Part shown: one piece after another, positions 28,483 to 41,849 of the stretch
Layout: the number at the start of each line of letters is the position of its first letter
Position numbering within the stretch: position 1 is the stretch's first letter
Source of the DNA: Macrostomum lignano
Taxonomy: Eukaryota
Direction: 5' to 3'
NCBI GenBank assembly: GCA_002269645.1
Contig: NIVC01001532.1
Coordinates: 62,001-126,000, forward strand
DNA: 64,000 bases
Notes under the pieces: generated by a model
What the model saw: only the letters and a program-made list of their open reading frames with translations
What the model was told of the DNA's origin: nothing
The model's database searches: none
Position numbers and translations under genes: made by a program

Positions 28483-28724
28483 CTAGAGAAAAAACTGACT
28501 GACTGAATTCCAATTGTGATAAGGATTACATCACAACCAGTTGAAAACAGTGCCGAAGAAATGCACACAAAACTTGATTTAAATTGCATAACAATATTGC
28601 TAACTTAAATTAGGACTGATACTGGCTGACTGAGAAATTGATTATGTCATAACTTTCTACTCCAATTGACTTGCTGTAAGAATTAAATTATAATGGCCAC
28701 AATTCATGTTCTCCAATTGAAAAG

Positions 28725-28800
28725 AGATAGCCCCAATGCGAACAGACTAGAATGCTAATGTAGCGACCTGGGTTCGAATCTTAGAAGCGCAAAATAATTT
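28725..28800 (+). mobile_element. Truncated tRNA-derived SINE head
   Basis: B box GGTTCGAATC at 28771 with a degenerate A box upstream. Confidence 0.45.
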
Positions 28801-28854
28801 TTTTATTAAAACACCTTAAAAACAAAAAAAACTGCTAAACATAAAAAAGCGCAA

Positions 28855-30650
28855 TAGAAGAGCCACCATGTCAAACCTAAAGGAGCCACCATGTCAAACA
28901 TTAAAGAACCACCATGTCAAATATAAAAGAGCCACCATATCGAACATAAAAGAGTTACCATGTCAAGCATAAAAGAGCCACCATGTCAAGCATAAAAGAG
29001 CCACCATGTCGAACATTAAAGAGCCACCATGTCAAACATTAAAGAGCCACCATGTCAAACATATACGTGACTCCATGTCAAGCATAAAAGAGCCACCATG
29101 TCAAACATTAAAGAGCCACCATGTCAAAAATTAAAGAGCCAACATGTCAAACATTAAAGAGCCACCATGTAAAGCATATATGTGACTCCATGCCAAATAT
29201 ATACATGACTCCATGTCTAACACATACGTGACTCCATGTCAAACATCAAAGAGCCATCATGTCAAACAATAAAGAGCCACAATGTAGAACATTAAAGAGC
29301 CACCATGTAGAACATTAAAGAGATACAATGTAGAACATTAAAGAGCCACAATGTAGAACATTAAAGAGCCACAATGTCAAACATTAAAGAGCCAAAATAT
29401 GTAGAACATTAAAGAGCCACAATGTCAAGCATTAAAGAGCCACAATGTAGAACATTAAAGAGCCATGATGTCAAACATTATAAAGCCATCATGTCAAACA
29501 ATAAAGAGCCACAATGTAGAACATTAACAAGCCACCACGTCAAACATTAAAGAGTCATCATGTCAAACAATAAAGAGCCACCATGTCGAAGATTAAAGAG
29601 CCACAATATGTAGAACATAAAAGAGCCACAATGTCAGGCATTAAAGAGCCACCATGTAAAACATTAAAGAGCCACAATGTAGAGCATTAAAGAGCCACCA
29701 TGTAGAACATTAAAGAGCTGCAATGTAGAACATTAAAGAGCCACAATGTAGAACATTAAAAAGCCACCACATCCAACATTAAAGAGTCATCATGTCAAAC
29801 AATAAAGAGCCACCATGTTGAAGATTAAAGAGCCACAATATGTAGAACATTAAAGAGCCACAATGTCAGGCATTAAAGAGCTACCATGTAGAACATTAAA
29901 GAGCCACAATGTAGAGCATTAAAGAGCCACAATTTCGAACAATAAAGAGCCACCATGTCGAACATTAAAGAGCCACCATGTCAAACATTAAAGAGCCATT
30001 ATGTCTAACATATACGTGACTCCATGTCAAACATTAAAGAGCCACCATGTCAAAAATTAAAAGCCACCATGTCAAACATTAAAGAGCCACCATGTCAAAC
30101 ATTAAAGAGCCATTATGTCTAACACATACGTGACTCCATGTCAAACATTAAAGAGCCACCATGTCAAAAATTAAGAGCCACTATGTCAAACATTAAAGAG
30201 CCACCATATCGAACACTAAAGAGCCACCATGTCAAACATATATGTGACTCCATGCCAAATATATACGTGACTCCATGTCAAACATTAAAGAGCCACCCTG
30301 TCGAACGTTAAAGAGCCACAATATGTAGAACATTAAAGAGCCACAATGTAGAACATTATAGAGCCACCATGTCAAACACTAAAGAGCCACCATGTAGAAC
30401 ATTAACGAGCCACGATGTCAAACATAAAAGAGCTACCAAGTTAGACATAGAAGAGCCACCATGTGAAACATATATGTGACTCCATGTCAAACATTAAAGA
30501 GCCACCGTTTCTAACAGTAAGGAGCCACCATGACAGACATAAAACTGGCAAGATGTCAAACATTAAAGAGCCACCATGTAGAACATTAAAGAGTCACCAT
30601 GCCAAACATTAAAAAGCCACGAATTCAAAAATAAAATAGCCACCATTTCA
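28855..30650. repeat. 23-bp minisatellite (ATTAAAGAGCCACCATGTCAAAC), ~75 copies
   Basis: Long degenerate array with a variant unit ATATACGTGACTCCATGTC. Confidence 0.95.
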
Positions 30651-30774
30651 AACACAGGAGAGACATTTTCAAACGTAATAAGAAGTGTCATGCCAATCAT
30701 AAAGGAGCCCCTAGAAAGCTAAGGAAATGTTGCACTATATACTTTTTGTCTGGTGAATGCTTGCTATTTAAGGA

Positions 30775-30985
30775 TACTTGCTATCAATTGGATGCTTGCT
30801 ATCTGGTGGTTTTTTCTATCTGGGGTGCTTGCTATCTAAGGGATGCTTGCTATCTGGGGGTGCTTGCTATCTGGGGGTGCTTGCTATCTGGGGGTGCTTG
30901 CTATCTGGGGGTGCTTGCTATCTGGGGGTGCTTGCTATGTGGGGGTGCTTGCTATCTGGGGGGGGGGGGGGGGATGCTTGCTGTC
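30775..30985. repeat. 17-bp minisatellite (TGCTTGCTATCTGGGGG)
   Basis: ~11 copies ending in poly-G. Confidence 0.93.
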
Positions 30986-31287
30986 TTGGGATGTTTTCTT
31001 TTTGCATTGCGCTTCATTTGAGCAGTTTTTCTGCTGTCTTTGTGAAGACTCTATTTGGCTGTCTTTTTGTTACTTGTAGAGAACAGAAGTTCTATCCAGA
31101 TGTCCCCCATCGGGGGGCGAAGATTGCTAGTCTATATTATTACTATATCTATATTAGAATTCAGTTAGGCCCTACTTCAATAAATTTCAGTTTGCTAACA
31201 GTCACTTTTGACACTTTGTTGACATTCATTTTAGTGACAGGTTAATTCTGTGCCTAATGTGTATGGAGCATTCAGTGTCCAATATGT

Positions 31288-31577
31288 GGCAATGGCTAGA
31301 GTTCCGGCACTGGAACCCATTTTCTAGCAGCTAGGGATCCGGCAGTGCCGTATAGAAGCATATAAAGACTGCTAAGAACATATCTTAAGAAGTCTGAATA
31401 TTAGAAGCATCTTGTCCCAAATCTTATCATATCGTCTTAAATTTTAATCTAGAACAAAATCTCAATATCAGCCACCTGTAGAAAGAAAAATATAATGTTC
31501 CATCTATAATATAATGGCACTGCCAGATCCATAGCTGTTAGAGAATGGGTTCCGGTGCCGGAACTCTAGCCATTGCC
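31288..31577. mobile_element. Mutator-type MITE (290 bp)
   Basis: ~65-bp TIRs (GGCAATGGCTAGAGTTCCGGCAC.GGAACCCATT...) and a perfect 9-bp TSD CCAATATGT (31279-31287, 31578-31586). Confidence 0.9.
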
Positions 31578-31834
31578 CCAATATGTAGTAGTTTTTATTT
31601 GTTTTAAAGCCTAAAGGTTATGCTATTAAGTATTAAAAATATATGCACTGTTCTTAAAAAATTAATCTAGCTATAATTATAGTTAAAGGCAAGGCTGCAC
31701 AGGCCTGTGTACATTTTTGTTAGCTTTATTTTTTGCATTTTAAAGGTAAAGTGTCGCATAATTAGCAAAAGGTATTATTGTCTATTTTATCAAATCTTTT
31801 AAACTTATAAATAAGTCTATAGATTAGATATATA

Positions 31835-32826
31835 CAGTGTTGGGCACAAATTCACCATAAATGAAAATCTTAACTTCCATTAATGGCAAAAGCATTAGCA
31901 TTAAAATGAAAAAATCTAAACTTGTTTATTTCTAATTTGGTTAAGTTAACTGAAAATGAAATAATATTCATTAATAATTATTCCATTAAAGTTAATATAG
32001 AAAATATAGACATCTTGCACTTTTTTATCCAAAACTAGACAGTTTTTGCCCAGACTTCATAATGCACTATTTTTGCTTTTCCATCTTTTTAGCAAAACAT
32101 AGAAGTCATCTAAAAGACTACTAAAATACTACTAAAAGAAAGCATATGATAAAATGAGTAACTTATTTATTTGCTACTTGAAAGCTAATTAGTTAATAAT
32201 AAAATACAAATGGAGGCAGTGGGATAGCCAAAGGAGGCTGTGGAGAAAAGCTGTTTCAGTAGCACTAGCAATTGCAATAGAAAGTTGCAAAAGATTGGCA
32301 AAGAAGTAAATCAGATTGATGCTCACATGCAAGCAAAAAAGTTCATAATTTTTATTCAATACTAAAGTTTATTAGTAAAGAAGTTGTTATATATGCATGA
32401 TCATTGTCATAAACAGAGATTAATTACCCTATTGAAATAAGTTTCAAAAACCCGTAGACACGCAACAGGGGTGCCAAAATTGTGCCTTCAAAAGTGCAAC
32501 CCGACACCAAATTTTGTTATTTAATTAGGCATTTAGGTAAATTCAAATACATTTGCAATGTTGTAAATTCTTGTCAGACTTGTATTTTTGTTCTTTCTTT
32601 GTATCATTGGTCATTGACATTGTCATTAACATTAATGATGAATTTATTGTTAACTCACAAAGTTAATGATGCAAATTCATTAATGCATTAGAGCAAAAAA
32701 ATATTAATGGCAGTCCATTAATGTTAATAAAAAATCTTAATGCCTATTAATGTTTATTAATAGATTAATTCTTATAAACACTTATTAATGGATTAACATT
32801 TATAAATAGATGGGTGCCAAACACTG
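31835..32826. mobile_element. Non-autonomous hAT element (992 bp)
   Basis: TIRs CAGTGTTGGGCAC / GTGCCAAACACTG, a perfect 8-bp TSD GATATATA, and subterminal CATTAA-rich repeats. Confidence 0.85.
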
Positions 32827-33584
32827 GATATATACATTGTTATATATGGGCATGTATATAGAATTAGGAATATATAATTATAACAATCCTAACTTTATTG
32901 GTTAATAGGAATATAAACCTCAATGCATCTTATAGGTTGGCTTATACTGTGTTATTGCACAAGCACCAAAGTTGGAAATATAGCTATATATATAAGATTT
33001 TACCTTGTATACTGTATATAAATTACATTATATTTATACCCTTTGTGCAATAGACTAGGCCTAGGAGAGTCTAATAGAAAGACTGGGGGAGAGGGGTAGC
33101 ATAATGGTCTTAATAGTAGTACATAATACATGGTGGCCTCATTTTTTATAATGCAGTATATTTATATACCCTAAGGCAGAGCCATTTAAAATGAATTTTG
33201 TTGCAATTTTTTTGCTATCTTTAACATAGATTTCAGCCTGAACAAATGTAGTCAGAGTTTGAATTCAATGGCAGAAACAAAAGGGTTCAAGGGATTGGCT
33301 GATCCCTTTCCTAAACAAATCCTGGATCTACCACTGCCTTTTGCTGTTATACTGAAAATATCTAGATGAGGGTCTCTATGACCTGTAAAATCAGCTAAAG
33401 CTAGAAAAACCTAGAAAAGAATAGTTTCTTGCTTACTATGCTTTCCACTTGTTTACATTGATTAATGTCTTCTATGAGTTATATTTTGTACTGAATGCTA
33501 TCTATGAAAAAGTATTTCAATTTCAATTTTTTCAATTTTCCAATTCATGCTTTAAGAAATAGTAACAGAAAACAGTCAAGGAAA

Positions 33585-36500
33585 ATGCCTCCTAAGGTAA
33601 GTTCTTATTGTTATTTATTTAATATAATTTGTCCAAATTTTGATTAAATTTGTATTTTTCCTTTATACAGGCCAAGCCGCCATCAGATGAGACAGTGAAA
33701 GTGCTGATCAGATGTCGGCCGATGAACAAAAATGAATTACAAGCCAAATATCCTCGCTGCGTCGAGATGGACACATCGCGTGGCGTAATCACCGTTAATA
33801 ATCCCAATCCAAACGCTAATGAGGTGCCCAGACAGTTCACCTTTGACAAGGTGTACGACTGGGATAGTAAACAGACAGATCTCTACAGGGAGTCGTTTAT
33901 GCCATTGGTTTCAAGTGTGCTTGAAGGTTTCAATGGCACCATTTTTGCCTATGGACAGACTGGTAAGTTCACATTTGGTGGCTCTACATAAAACTATTTA
34001 ATTCTTGCTTATTTGAAGCCAACACAAAGGTGTCCTCATGCTACGAGTATACGGGGTAATCATTGAGAACGTTAGTGTGACAAGAATCGCTAAAGAGCCA
34101 TTGCAAGCAACTCACTGGTGACTCTTTTTCAATGACTTCAACGACTGTAATGCAACAGAGAGGCGACTGTTGAGTCACTAGCGCGTCACGTGAGTTGCTG
34201 AATCGTAAAAGGGTCGCAAAAAAAGTCGTCCAAGCATCAGCATAGGAACGGGGGGACGGGGGGAACAGTAGGGCCATGGCCCCCACTTTTTAAAATGGGG
34301 GGCGGCAGTAATGGTATCTGGCCCTCCACATTTAAATGTAAAATGTAGACTTTTGCTTCTTTTTGGTTTTTGCTGCTTTGCATGAATGCATTTTACTGCA
34401 AGGCGACAAGATGAGTGCCTGCGGCGCTAAGATGCGTGCATGCGGCGCTAAAATGAGTGCCTGCGGCGCTAAGATGCGTGCATGCGGCGCTAAAATGAGT
34501 GCCTGCGGCGCTAAGATGAGTGCCTGCGGCGCTAAAATAAGTGCCTGTGGCGCTAAGATGAGTGCCTGCGGCGCTAAAATGAGTGCCTGCATCGCTAAAA
34601 TGAGTGCCTGCGGCGCTAAAATGAGTGCCTGCGTCGCTAAAATGAGTGCCTGTGGCGCTAAAATGACTGCCTGCGTCGCTAAAATGAGTGCCTGCGGTGC
34701 TAAAATGAGTGCCTGCGGTGCTAAAATGAGTGCCTGCGGCGCTAAAATGAGTGCCTGCGGTGCTAAAATGAGTGCCTGCGGTGCTAAAATGAGTGCCTGC
34801 GGCGCTAAAATGAGTGCCTGCGGCGCTAAGATGAGTGCCCGCGGCGCTAAAATGAGTGCCTGCGGCGCTAAAATGAGTGCCTGCGGTGCTAAAATTAGTG
34901 CCTGCGGTGCTAAAATGAGTGCCCGCGGCGCTAAAATGAGTGCCTGCGGTGCTAAAATGAGTGCCCGCGGCGCTAAAATGAGTGCCTGCGGCGCTAAAAT
35001 GAGTGCCTGCGTCGCTAAAATAAGTGCCTGCGGCACTAAAATGAGTGCCTGCGTCGCTAAAATGAGTGCCAGCGGCACTAAAATGAGTGCCTGCGTCCCT
35101 AAAATGAGTGCCTGGGCACTAAAATGAGTGCCTGCGGCGCTAAAATGAGTGCCTGCGGCGCTAAAATGAGTGTCTGTGGCGTTAAAATGAGTGTCAGTAG
35201 CGCTTTATAAAATAATTGCTGACAAGACGGAGTCTGAACATAATCGGTACATGATAATGTGCATAACCTGTCTCCCCCCACTTTTTGAAACGTTCCTACG
35301 CCTATGCATCCAAGAGTCGTGTTAGCGCTTAACTTTCTACTGATTCAAGTACTTAAAATTTGTTTGAAGTAGACTAATTAGAGTTGTAATTCATAATTAA
35401 GGGAAGCAGATGCGCTTTTGAAGCAACTCAGTGATTCTACAGCGCCTTTCTAGCATGCCCCAGATTTGTTTCAGAGTCGCACAACATAAAAAGCCTCAAA
35501 CTTGGCTCTTAGGCGACTTGTACCGTGACATCTCATGGTTTTAGAGTCATCTAGAGTCACTCTGGGACGCTTCTTGGCCTAGATACCATTTTCATATGGG
35601 TACTCTCACACGGGTAAGCATATCTAGACGCGGGTATCATCATGCTATGAACTTCAGGCACGGGCAAGACGTTCACAATGCAAGGCGTCAAAGAAGACCC
35701 GGAGTTGCGCGGCGTCATACCGCAGTCGTTTGAGCACATTTTTAACCACATTAACGAGTCGCAGAACCAGCAGTACTTGGTCAGGGCCTCCTACATGGAG
35801 ATCTACATGGAGGAACTCCGCGATCTGTTGCACAAAGACCAGAACAAACGTTTGGAGATCAAAGAGAAACCCGACACAGGCGTGTACGTGAAGGACCTGT
35901 CATCGGTGCTGACTAAAAGTATCAAGGAGATCGAGAAAGTGATGAACATCGGCAATCAGAATCGCTCAGTTGGAGCCACGAAGATGAACGAACAGTCGTC
36001 GAGATCGCACGCCATTTTTGTTATCACGATTGAGTGCAGCGAGGTGAGCGCCATTCTTATTTGCTGGTCTTTTGCTTGATTTTGTTTTTATCAAATAGAG
36101 AATTTTGGATCCTCGGTGGCTGGGCCTCCACCGCCCTGCCAGATCCTCAGTTGCTGGGCCAGCCTCCCAAGAGTGTCAGTTGCTGGGCCAGCCTCCCAAG
36201 AGTGTCAGTTGCTGGGCCAGCCTCCCAAGAGTGTCAGTTGCTGGGCCAGCCTCCCAAGAGTGTCAGTTGCTGGGCCAGCCTCCCAAGAGTGTCAGTTGCT
36301 GGGCCAGCCTCCCAAGAGTGTCAGTTGCTGGGCCAGCCTCCCAAGAGTGTCAGTTGCTGGGCCAGCCTCCCAAGAGTGTCAGTTGCTGGGCCAGCCTCCC
36401 AAGAGTGTCAGTTGCTGGGCCAGCCTCCCAAGAGTGTCAGTTGCTGGGCCAGCCTCCCAAGAGTGTCAGTTGCTGGGCCAGCCTCCCAAGAGTGTCAGTT

Positions 36501-39500
36501 GCTGGGCCAGCCTCCCAAGAGTGTCAGTTGCTGGGCCAGCCTCCCAAGAGTGTCAGTTGCTGGGCCAGCCTCCCAAGAGTGTCAGTTGCTGGGCCAGCCT
36601 CCCAAGAGTGTCAGTTGCTGGGCCAGCCTCCCAAGAGTGTCAGTTGCTGGGCCAGCCTCCAAGAGTGTCAGTTGCTGGGCCAGCCTCCCAAGAGTGTCAG
36701 TTGCTGGGCCAGCCTCCCAAGAGTGTCAGTTGCTGGGCCAGCCTCCCAAGAGTGTCAGTTGCTGGGCCAGCCTCCCAAGAGTGTCAGTTGCTGGGCCAGC
36801 CTCCCAAGAGTGTCAGTTGCTGGGCCAGCCTCCAAGAGTGTCAGTTGCTGGGCCAGCCTCTGTCAGAGCCTCCCAAGAGTGTCAGTTGCTGGGCCAGCCT
36901 CCCAAGAGTGTCAGTTGCTGGGCCAGCCTCCCAAGAGTGTCAGTTGCTGGGCCAGCCTCCCAAGAGTGTCAGTTGCTGGGCCAGCCTCTCAGATCCTCAG
37001 TTGCTGGGCCAGCCTCTCAGATCCTCAGTTGCTGGGCCAGCCTCCCAGATCCTCAGTTGCTGGGCCAGCCTCCCAGATCCTCAGTTTTTACACTATTCAA
37101 ACATTGCCACCAAACCATATAGCAGCAAACGTGGAGTTTGATTATCAATATTTCAATAACGAATTCTGCAGCAAATTGCTTCACCAGATGAGGTATGCCC
37201 TTGCCATATGACGTTTCACTGGTCCGTTAATTATTTGTTTTGTTAGAAATCTAAGTTTAATATCTAGCACCACTTCACCCTAACCAGTGTTTGTATGATA
37301 TCAGATCTTTCTCACTTAGAGAATCACAGAAAGTCACCTTCTGCTTCTAATCAAAGCGATTTCAATCATATCGTAATACATTAAAACAGCACGCATCTAT
37401 CGAACTGCCTACCTGTCTTAAAGTATGTTTTTTGCCTAACTGACGGAGCATCTGCGTGTCTGTTTCGTGTACTATTTTGCAAATATTTTTCTCAATTCAT
37501 GTTTCACTTTTATTATTTTATTATTATCCAGCTAGTCAGTAAATTTTAGACTATGTTTAGAAAATCTTTAACTATCAGCTATTGAGTACCATTTTTTACT
37601 AAGTTCTTAATTGATAAATAAATAAAAACAAATTTTTCTAGTCTTAAGTTTTAAATACAATTTTGAAACATTTTTTAAGTAATTGAAAATCCGTCCGTCA
37701 AAAATTCTCAACAAGAATTATATTGTGGTATAAAATGTTAATTAACATAACATAAAAATATTAAAATCATTATTAAATCTATGTTAGTCCTTATATTATA
37801 AAGTAGCTTTTACACAAAATTGTTATACTGAAATACAATCACAAATAATTGAAAAAAAATCACACAAAAGTTTAATAGTTATAAAATAATTTTAGATAAA
37901 TTTAGAGCATCTGTTTTTTTAGTTTTACAGTCCATGCCAAGTTTTTTAAAATTGAAAAGAATAAAAACAGTAAAACAAAATTTTTTTTCATAAATAATTA
38001 TAGAAGATTTTTTTTACCAGAAAAATTACAAATAAAAAAAATTATTTGAGATAATTTAAATTTTAACGTATAAACTTGTAACAAAAACGCTTGAAATTTC
38101 TTGGAAAACCCGTCAGCCGGACGCGGAGGGCGAGGCGCACATCCGGGCCGGCAAGCTGAACCTGGTTGACTTGGCCGGCAGCGAGCGTCAAGCCAAAACC
38201 GAAGCCGAAGGCGACCGTTTGAAAGAGGCTACAAAAATTAATTTATCGCTTAGCGCCCTTGGCAACGTGATCTCGGCTCTGGTTGACGGCAAAAGTACTC
38301 ACATACCCTACCGAGACTCCAAGCTGACTCGCCTGCTGCAGGACTCGCTGGGTGGCAACGCTAAAACTGTTATGGTGGCCAATATTGGACCGGCTAGTTA
38401 CAACTACGAAGAGACTTTAAACACCCTGCGCTACGCCAATCGGGCTAAGAATATCAAGAATAAGCCCAAGATTAATGAGGATCCAAAGGACGCCCTTCTG
38501 AGAGAATATCAGACAGAGATTAATAGGCTTAAGGTACGTTTATTGAATTACGAGTAATTCATATAAAGTCTACCGGTATGTATCATTAGAATCAGTGTAA
38601 CTTTGGTCTAGATATGCATTGATAGATCAGTGCCGATATGTATCGAAAAATCGGTTCGAAAAGTATTTCCGATATGTATCCAAATATCAATTTAAACAGT
38701 ATTTCCGATATGTATCGAAAGAACCTACAATAGCTTTTTCAATTATAAAATTGTTTCCTACAGGAAATGCTTCAAAAGAAAGGCGGCGGCGCCGCCTCGT
38801 CCGCTCCCGGCCAGCGTCGAAAGCGTCGCCGACGCGGCGCTGGCGGCGGCGAAGGTGCCGACGAGGACGACGAGGAGGAAGAGGCGGCTGGAGCGACGCC
38901 GGAGGAAACGGCGGCCGCCTACCAGCGCCAGCGCGAGGAGGAGCTCAAAGCCGAGAAGGACGCCATATTGAATAATAAGAATCTGCTCAAAGAGGAGAAG
39001 GAGCGCCTAATGAAGGATGTGGAAGCAAAGGAGGACGCGCTAAAATCCGAGCTGAAGGGCAAGAAAGAGCTCGAAGAGAAGATCAAAGCGATGGAGAGCA
39101 AACTGCTGCATGGCGACGCCAAGCATTTGAAGAAAGTTACGAAAGAGCAGGAGGAGCAGATTCGCAAGACCGCCGAGGAGATTGAAGAGCAGAAGCGAAA
39201 GGTTTGTTTTTATGTGCCGATATGTATCGATTTTGTGAAAGTAATGAAGAAAATGACTATGTACTTATACCCGATATGTATCGATTTATATAAAACCAGT
39301 ACAGAAAATCAAATTGTACTTATCCCCGATATGTATCGATTCGATTCATATAAAAATCACTAAAGAAAATCTAATTGTACTGATCCCGATATGTATCGAT
39401 TTTATACTTAAAAACAATATTTCTCCCATCCCACAGGAGGAAAAGATGCAGCAGGAGATGGAGGACAAGGAGCTGGAGATGGGCAATTTCGAGCAGAAGT

Positions 39501-40571
39501 ACAACAGCCTGCAGCAGGCTGTGGAAGACAAAACTAGAAAGCTTAAGAAGCTCATGTCCCGACTGCAGCAGATGCGGCAGGAGATTAGCGACCTGCAGGT
39601 TCGTGCTTTGAGCAAAATTTTCCCAAATCATCATCCAATCAATTTATAACTCCAATTTGAATTCTTGGTATCTGAACTTTTAAATCCCATTTCCATATTT
39701 GGGATCCCAGACTCCAAATTCCATTTTCATATTTTGTAATCCCACAATCCAAATCCCATTTCCATATTTTGTAATCCCACAATCCAAATCCCATTTCCAT
39801 ATTTGGGATCCCAGAATCCAAATCCCATTTCCATATTTTGTAATCCCACATTCCAAATCCCATTTTCAGTAATCCCACAATCCAAATCCCATTTCCATAT
39901 TTGGGATCTCAAAATCGAAATCCCATTCCCATACTTTTTAATCCCAATTCCGACAATGATCCGGCAAAATCCCCCCGCCGCAGGAGGAGCACAGGCGCGA
40001 ACGCCAGGAGCTGGAGACCACCCAGGAGGAGCTCACGAAGGAGGTGAAGTTCAAGCAGCTCATCATCGACAATTTCATCCCGCCCGAGGACTTCGAACGC
40101 GTCCGCTCTCGGGCGATGTTCGACGAGGAGGCGGACGAATGGCAGCTGAAGGCTCCATCGGCTGGCGAACGAATGGCCGCCCGTCCGCGTTCGGCTGTGG
40201 CCGGCCGGCGCCGTCCGCTGTCCGAGTATGCCCGGCTGGCCAGTCAGATGGGCGAGAATCCTCGCTACAGAGGCGAGAACTTGATCCGCTTGAACCTGGA
40301 CATGCCCAACCGCACTACTCGCGAGTACGAAGCGCCGGACATGGCGCCTCAGGTGCGCAGCGCCCTGGACGCCGCTCTGCAAGTCGAAGACGATTTGGAC
40401 ATCGACGGGCAGCCGAAAATTTTCAAGAGCAGTGCGCCGGTTGTGCGACCGAAATCGTCCAGGAAGGGCGGCAGTGGCAGTGGCGGCGGTAGCGGCGGCG
40501 GTGGAAGGTCGCGAGAGTCGCAAAATCGACGCCAGGAATTTCCGAGCAGCCGGGGCCTGGTGGGCAAGTGA
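33585..40571 (+). CDS. KIF3B: Kinesin-2 motor subunit KIF3B; exons 33585-33596, 33671-33962, 35658-36043, 38117-38533, 38764-39201, 39437-39598, 39984-40571 (764 aa)
   Basis: P-loop GQT|GTGKT, switch I SSRSH, switch [21 protein letters not shown], neck [11 protein letters not shown] and coiled coil. Tail motifs [22 protein letters not shown] and terminal [10 protein letters not shown] are KIF3B-like rather than KIF3A-like. All junctions GT-AG; the CDS is 2295 nt. Confidence 0.93.
34235..35306. mobile_element. hAT-type non-autonomous element in KIF3B intron 2 carrying a minisatellite
   Basis: 16-bp imperfect TIR (CATCAGCATAGGAACG vs the reverse complement CATAGGCGTAGGAACG, 13/16) and an 8-bp TSD CGTCCAAG/CATCCAAG (7/8). 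Confidence 0.65.
34408..35190. repeat. 21-bp minisatellite (GCGGCGCTAAAATGAGTGCCT)
   Basis: ~37 copies. Confidence 0.97.
36135..37085. repeat. 29-bp minisatellite (GTCAGTTGCTGGGCCAGCCTCCCAAGAGT) in KIF3B intron 3
   Basis: ~32 highly homogeneous copies. Confidence 0.97.
39670..39950. repeat. C-rich minisatellite (CCAAATCCCATTTCCATATT) in KIF3B intron 6
   Basis: Tandem degenerate copies. Confidence 0.85.
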
Positions 40572-40625
40572 TGCGGCCTGGACTGCTGGCTGCTGGTCAA
40601 CTCGGCTTCATGCTGTCACACATTT

Positions 40626-40741
40626 ACTGTCTGTCTGACTGACTCTGAATGTATGTATATCTGTCTGTCTGTCTGTCTGTCTGCCTGTCTGTCGGTATGT
40701 CTGTCTGTCTGTATGTCTGTCTGTCTGTCTGCCTGTCTGAC

Positions 40742-40773
<32 letters not shown>

Positions 40774-40940
40774 GGTATGTCTGTCTGTCTGTATGTCTGT
40801 CTGTCTGTCTGCCTGTCTGACTGTCTGTCTGTCTGTCTGCCTGTCTGACTGTCTGTCTGTCTGTCTGTCTGTCTGACTGTCTGTCTGTCTGTCTGTCTGC
40901 CTGTCTGACTGTCTGTCTGACTGTCTGTCTGCCTGTCTGT
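40626..40940. repeat. (TGTC)n microsatellite just 3' of the KIF3B stop codon
   Basis: Tetranucleotide run with interruptions. Confidence 0.97.
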
Positions 40941-41849
40941 GCACCTCACAATGCTGGTGTCTGGTTTCTGTCCGCCTCCAGTCTGTCACACTGCCTGTCA
41001 GCTCCCACAGTTTCAATGACAATTCAATTTGCATAAATTTTATTATAACCAGTTTAAACAGTCTTTGAGTCTTTGATTCGTTTTTTGATCTTTTTCTAAG
41101 TGGCAAAAGTTATAAGCGACTCAATTTATAATATCATGTACCTGTTCGCTATTTTATGCTTCAAATTTTATGTTCGGCAACATTAGAAGACCTTTAAACT
41201 CCCAGTTATTGTAGTGTGAATGTTAAATAAAAGTTCAAGATTAGGAATCTCTTGTTGCTACAATGGAAACGTTCAAAACTTAATTCCGTCCTTAAACTTT
41301 ATAGACACGTCTTTAAAGACACTTTTTAATTGATTCGTTTATCACTGAAGTACGACGCCTTAGTTACGGTTAACTGCTACAATTTCTTTTAATTCTCTTT
41401 ACTTTTGCTACTGCGAAAGTGTAAATGTTGTTCGCGTAAGTTATGAATTTTTTATCCAATTGAATCATTCTACTTTATAGCTTTACTACTTATCAGTAGC
41501 TTATATAAGTAGCAATTCATGTGTGTGTGCTGATGTTTCTATTTCGTCGAAAAGAGATCTTGTGTTTTCTTGTAGCTGTCTGAATACGGTTATTAATGAT
41601 ATAAATATTTTTATAACACTCAGTTTGACTTCTGATTGAGATTTTTTGCGCATACTGTACCCACACTGGGCGACAACAGCATGCTTTCTTCTGATATATT
41701 CACACACACACACAACTGTGCAAAATATTACACACATTGCGAGTCCAAATTTTCCTAAATCAGAAAGTTGGATTCACGTCTGTGCTGAGAACCGCGACAT
41801 CTTTTTCGATTTAAGGTTACAATTTTCTTTTATGATACGTAAACCATTA

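Noticed and set aside
28855-30650. CRISPR-like periodic array (also considered for the other arrays)
   Set aside because: Head-to-tail units with no unique spacers, no cas genes, eukaryotic context
34332-35127. 254-aa (SACGAKM)n and 248-aa (APQALIL)n ORFs
   Set aside because: Products of the 21-bp array inside KIF3B intron 2
36034-37211. Three overlapping 340-370-aa ORFs
   Set aside because: Stop-free 29-bp repeat read in three frames in KIF3B intron 3. The in-frame continuation of exon 3 stops at 36079, and the true next exon starts at 38117.
39909-40638. Antisense and alternative-frame ORFs over the last KIF3B exon (likewise over the LRR gene)
   Set aside because: Expected shadows of GC-rich coding sequence
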